Positions 24,015-24,137 of a stretch of DNA of 24,137 nt are shown piece after piece (position 1 is the first letter of the stretch; each line of letters begins with the position of its first letter). The stretch comes from a virus. Taxonomy: Duplodnaviria > Caudoviricetes. The notes beneath the pieces are model-generated. The model saw only the letters and a program-made list of their open reading frames with translations. It was not told where the DNA came from and did not search any database. A program made the position numbers and the translations under genes. The stretch lies in the IMG/VR virus record IMGVR_UViG_3300017832_000011, positions 1-24,137 of that record; one strand, written 5' to 3'.

Positions 24015-24137
24015 GACTTATCAAGTCTGGTAGTGATACTTTATAGTATTAGAGAAGCTAAAGTCGGTAAATTCTTTCAAACTCCGACTTGGCTTCTCTT
24101 TTTGTTTGCCTTCGGGGGTATTCGGCTTAAAAAAAAA
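24015..24137. repeat. Terminal direct repeat, copy 2
   Basis: Identical to 1-123. Confidence 0.95.

Overview
This window looks like a complete, circularly assembled ~24.0 kb tailed-phage (siphovirus-like) genome: bases 1-123 recur at 24015-24137, and every credible gene is on the + strand. About 19.3 kb (4722-23995) is a full virion module: TerS, TerL, HK97-type portal, protease and capsid, neck, tail tube, chaperones, tape measure, Dit and tail-tip/RBP genes. A lysis cassette sits inside the neck genes. The ~4.4 kb early region holds two BldC/IS607-type MerR-like HTH genes, an HNH nuclease, two unknown proteins (one with iteron-like repeats) and two acidic paralogs. I recognise no integrase, CI repressor, ParAB, helicase, primase or polymerase. 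SigA promoters, strong SD sites and the endolysin C-terminus suggest a Bacillota host, possibly Paenibacillaceae (inference). Main unexplained signals: (1) a strongly strand-polarised GGGGTA hexamer (about 75 copies on + versus about 3 on -, counted by eye); (2) twin identical promoters, one driving an acr-aca-like operon; (3) duplicated tail chaperones apparently replacing the G/GT frameshift; (4) several structured intergenic RNAs; (5) a cohesin-like domain in a tail-tip protein. All family calls come from motif recognition by eye; no database searches were run.
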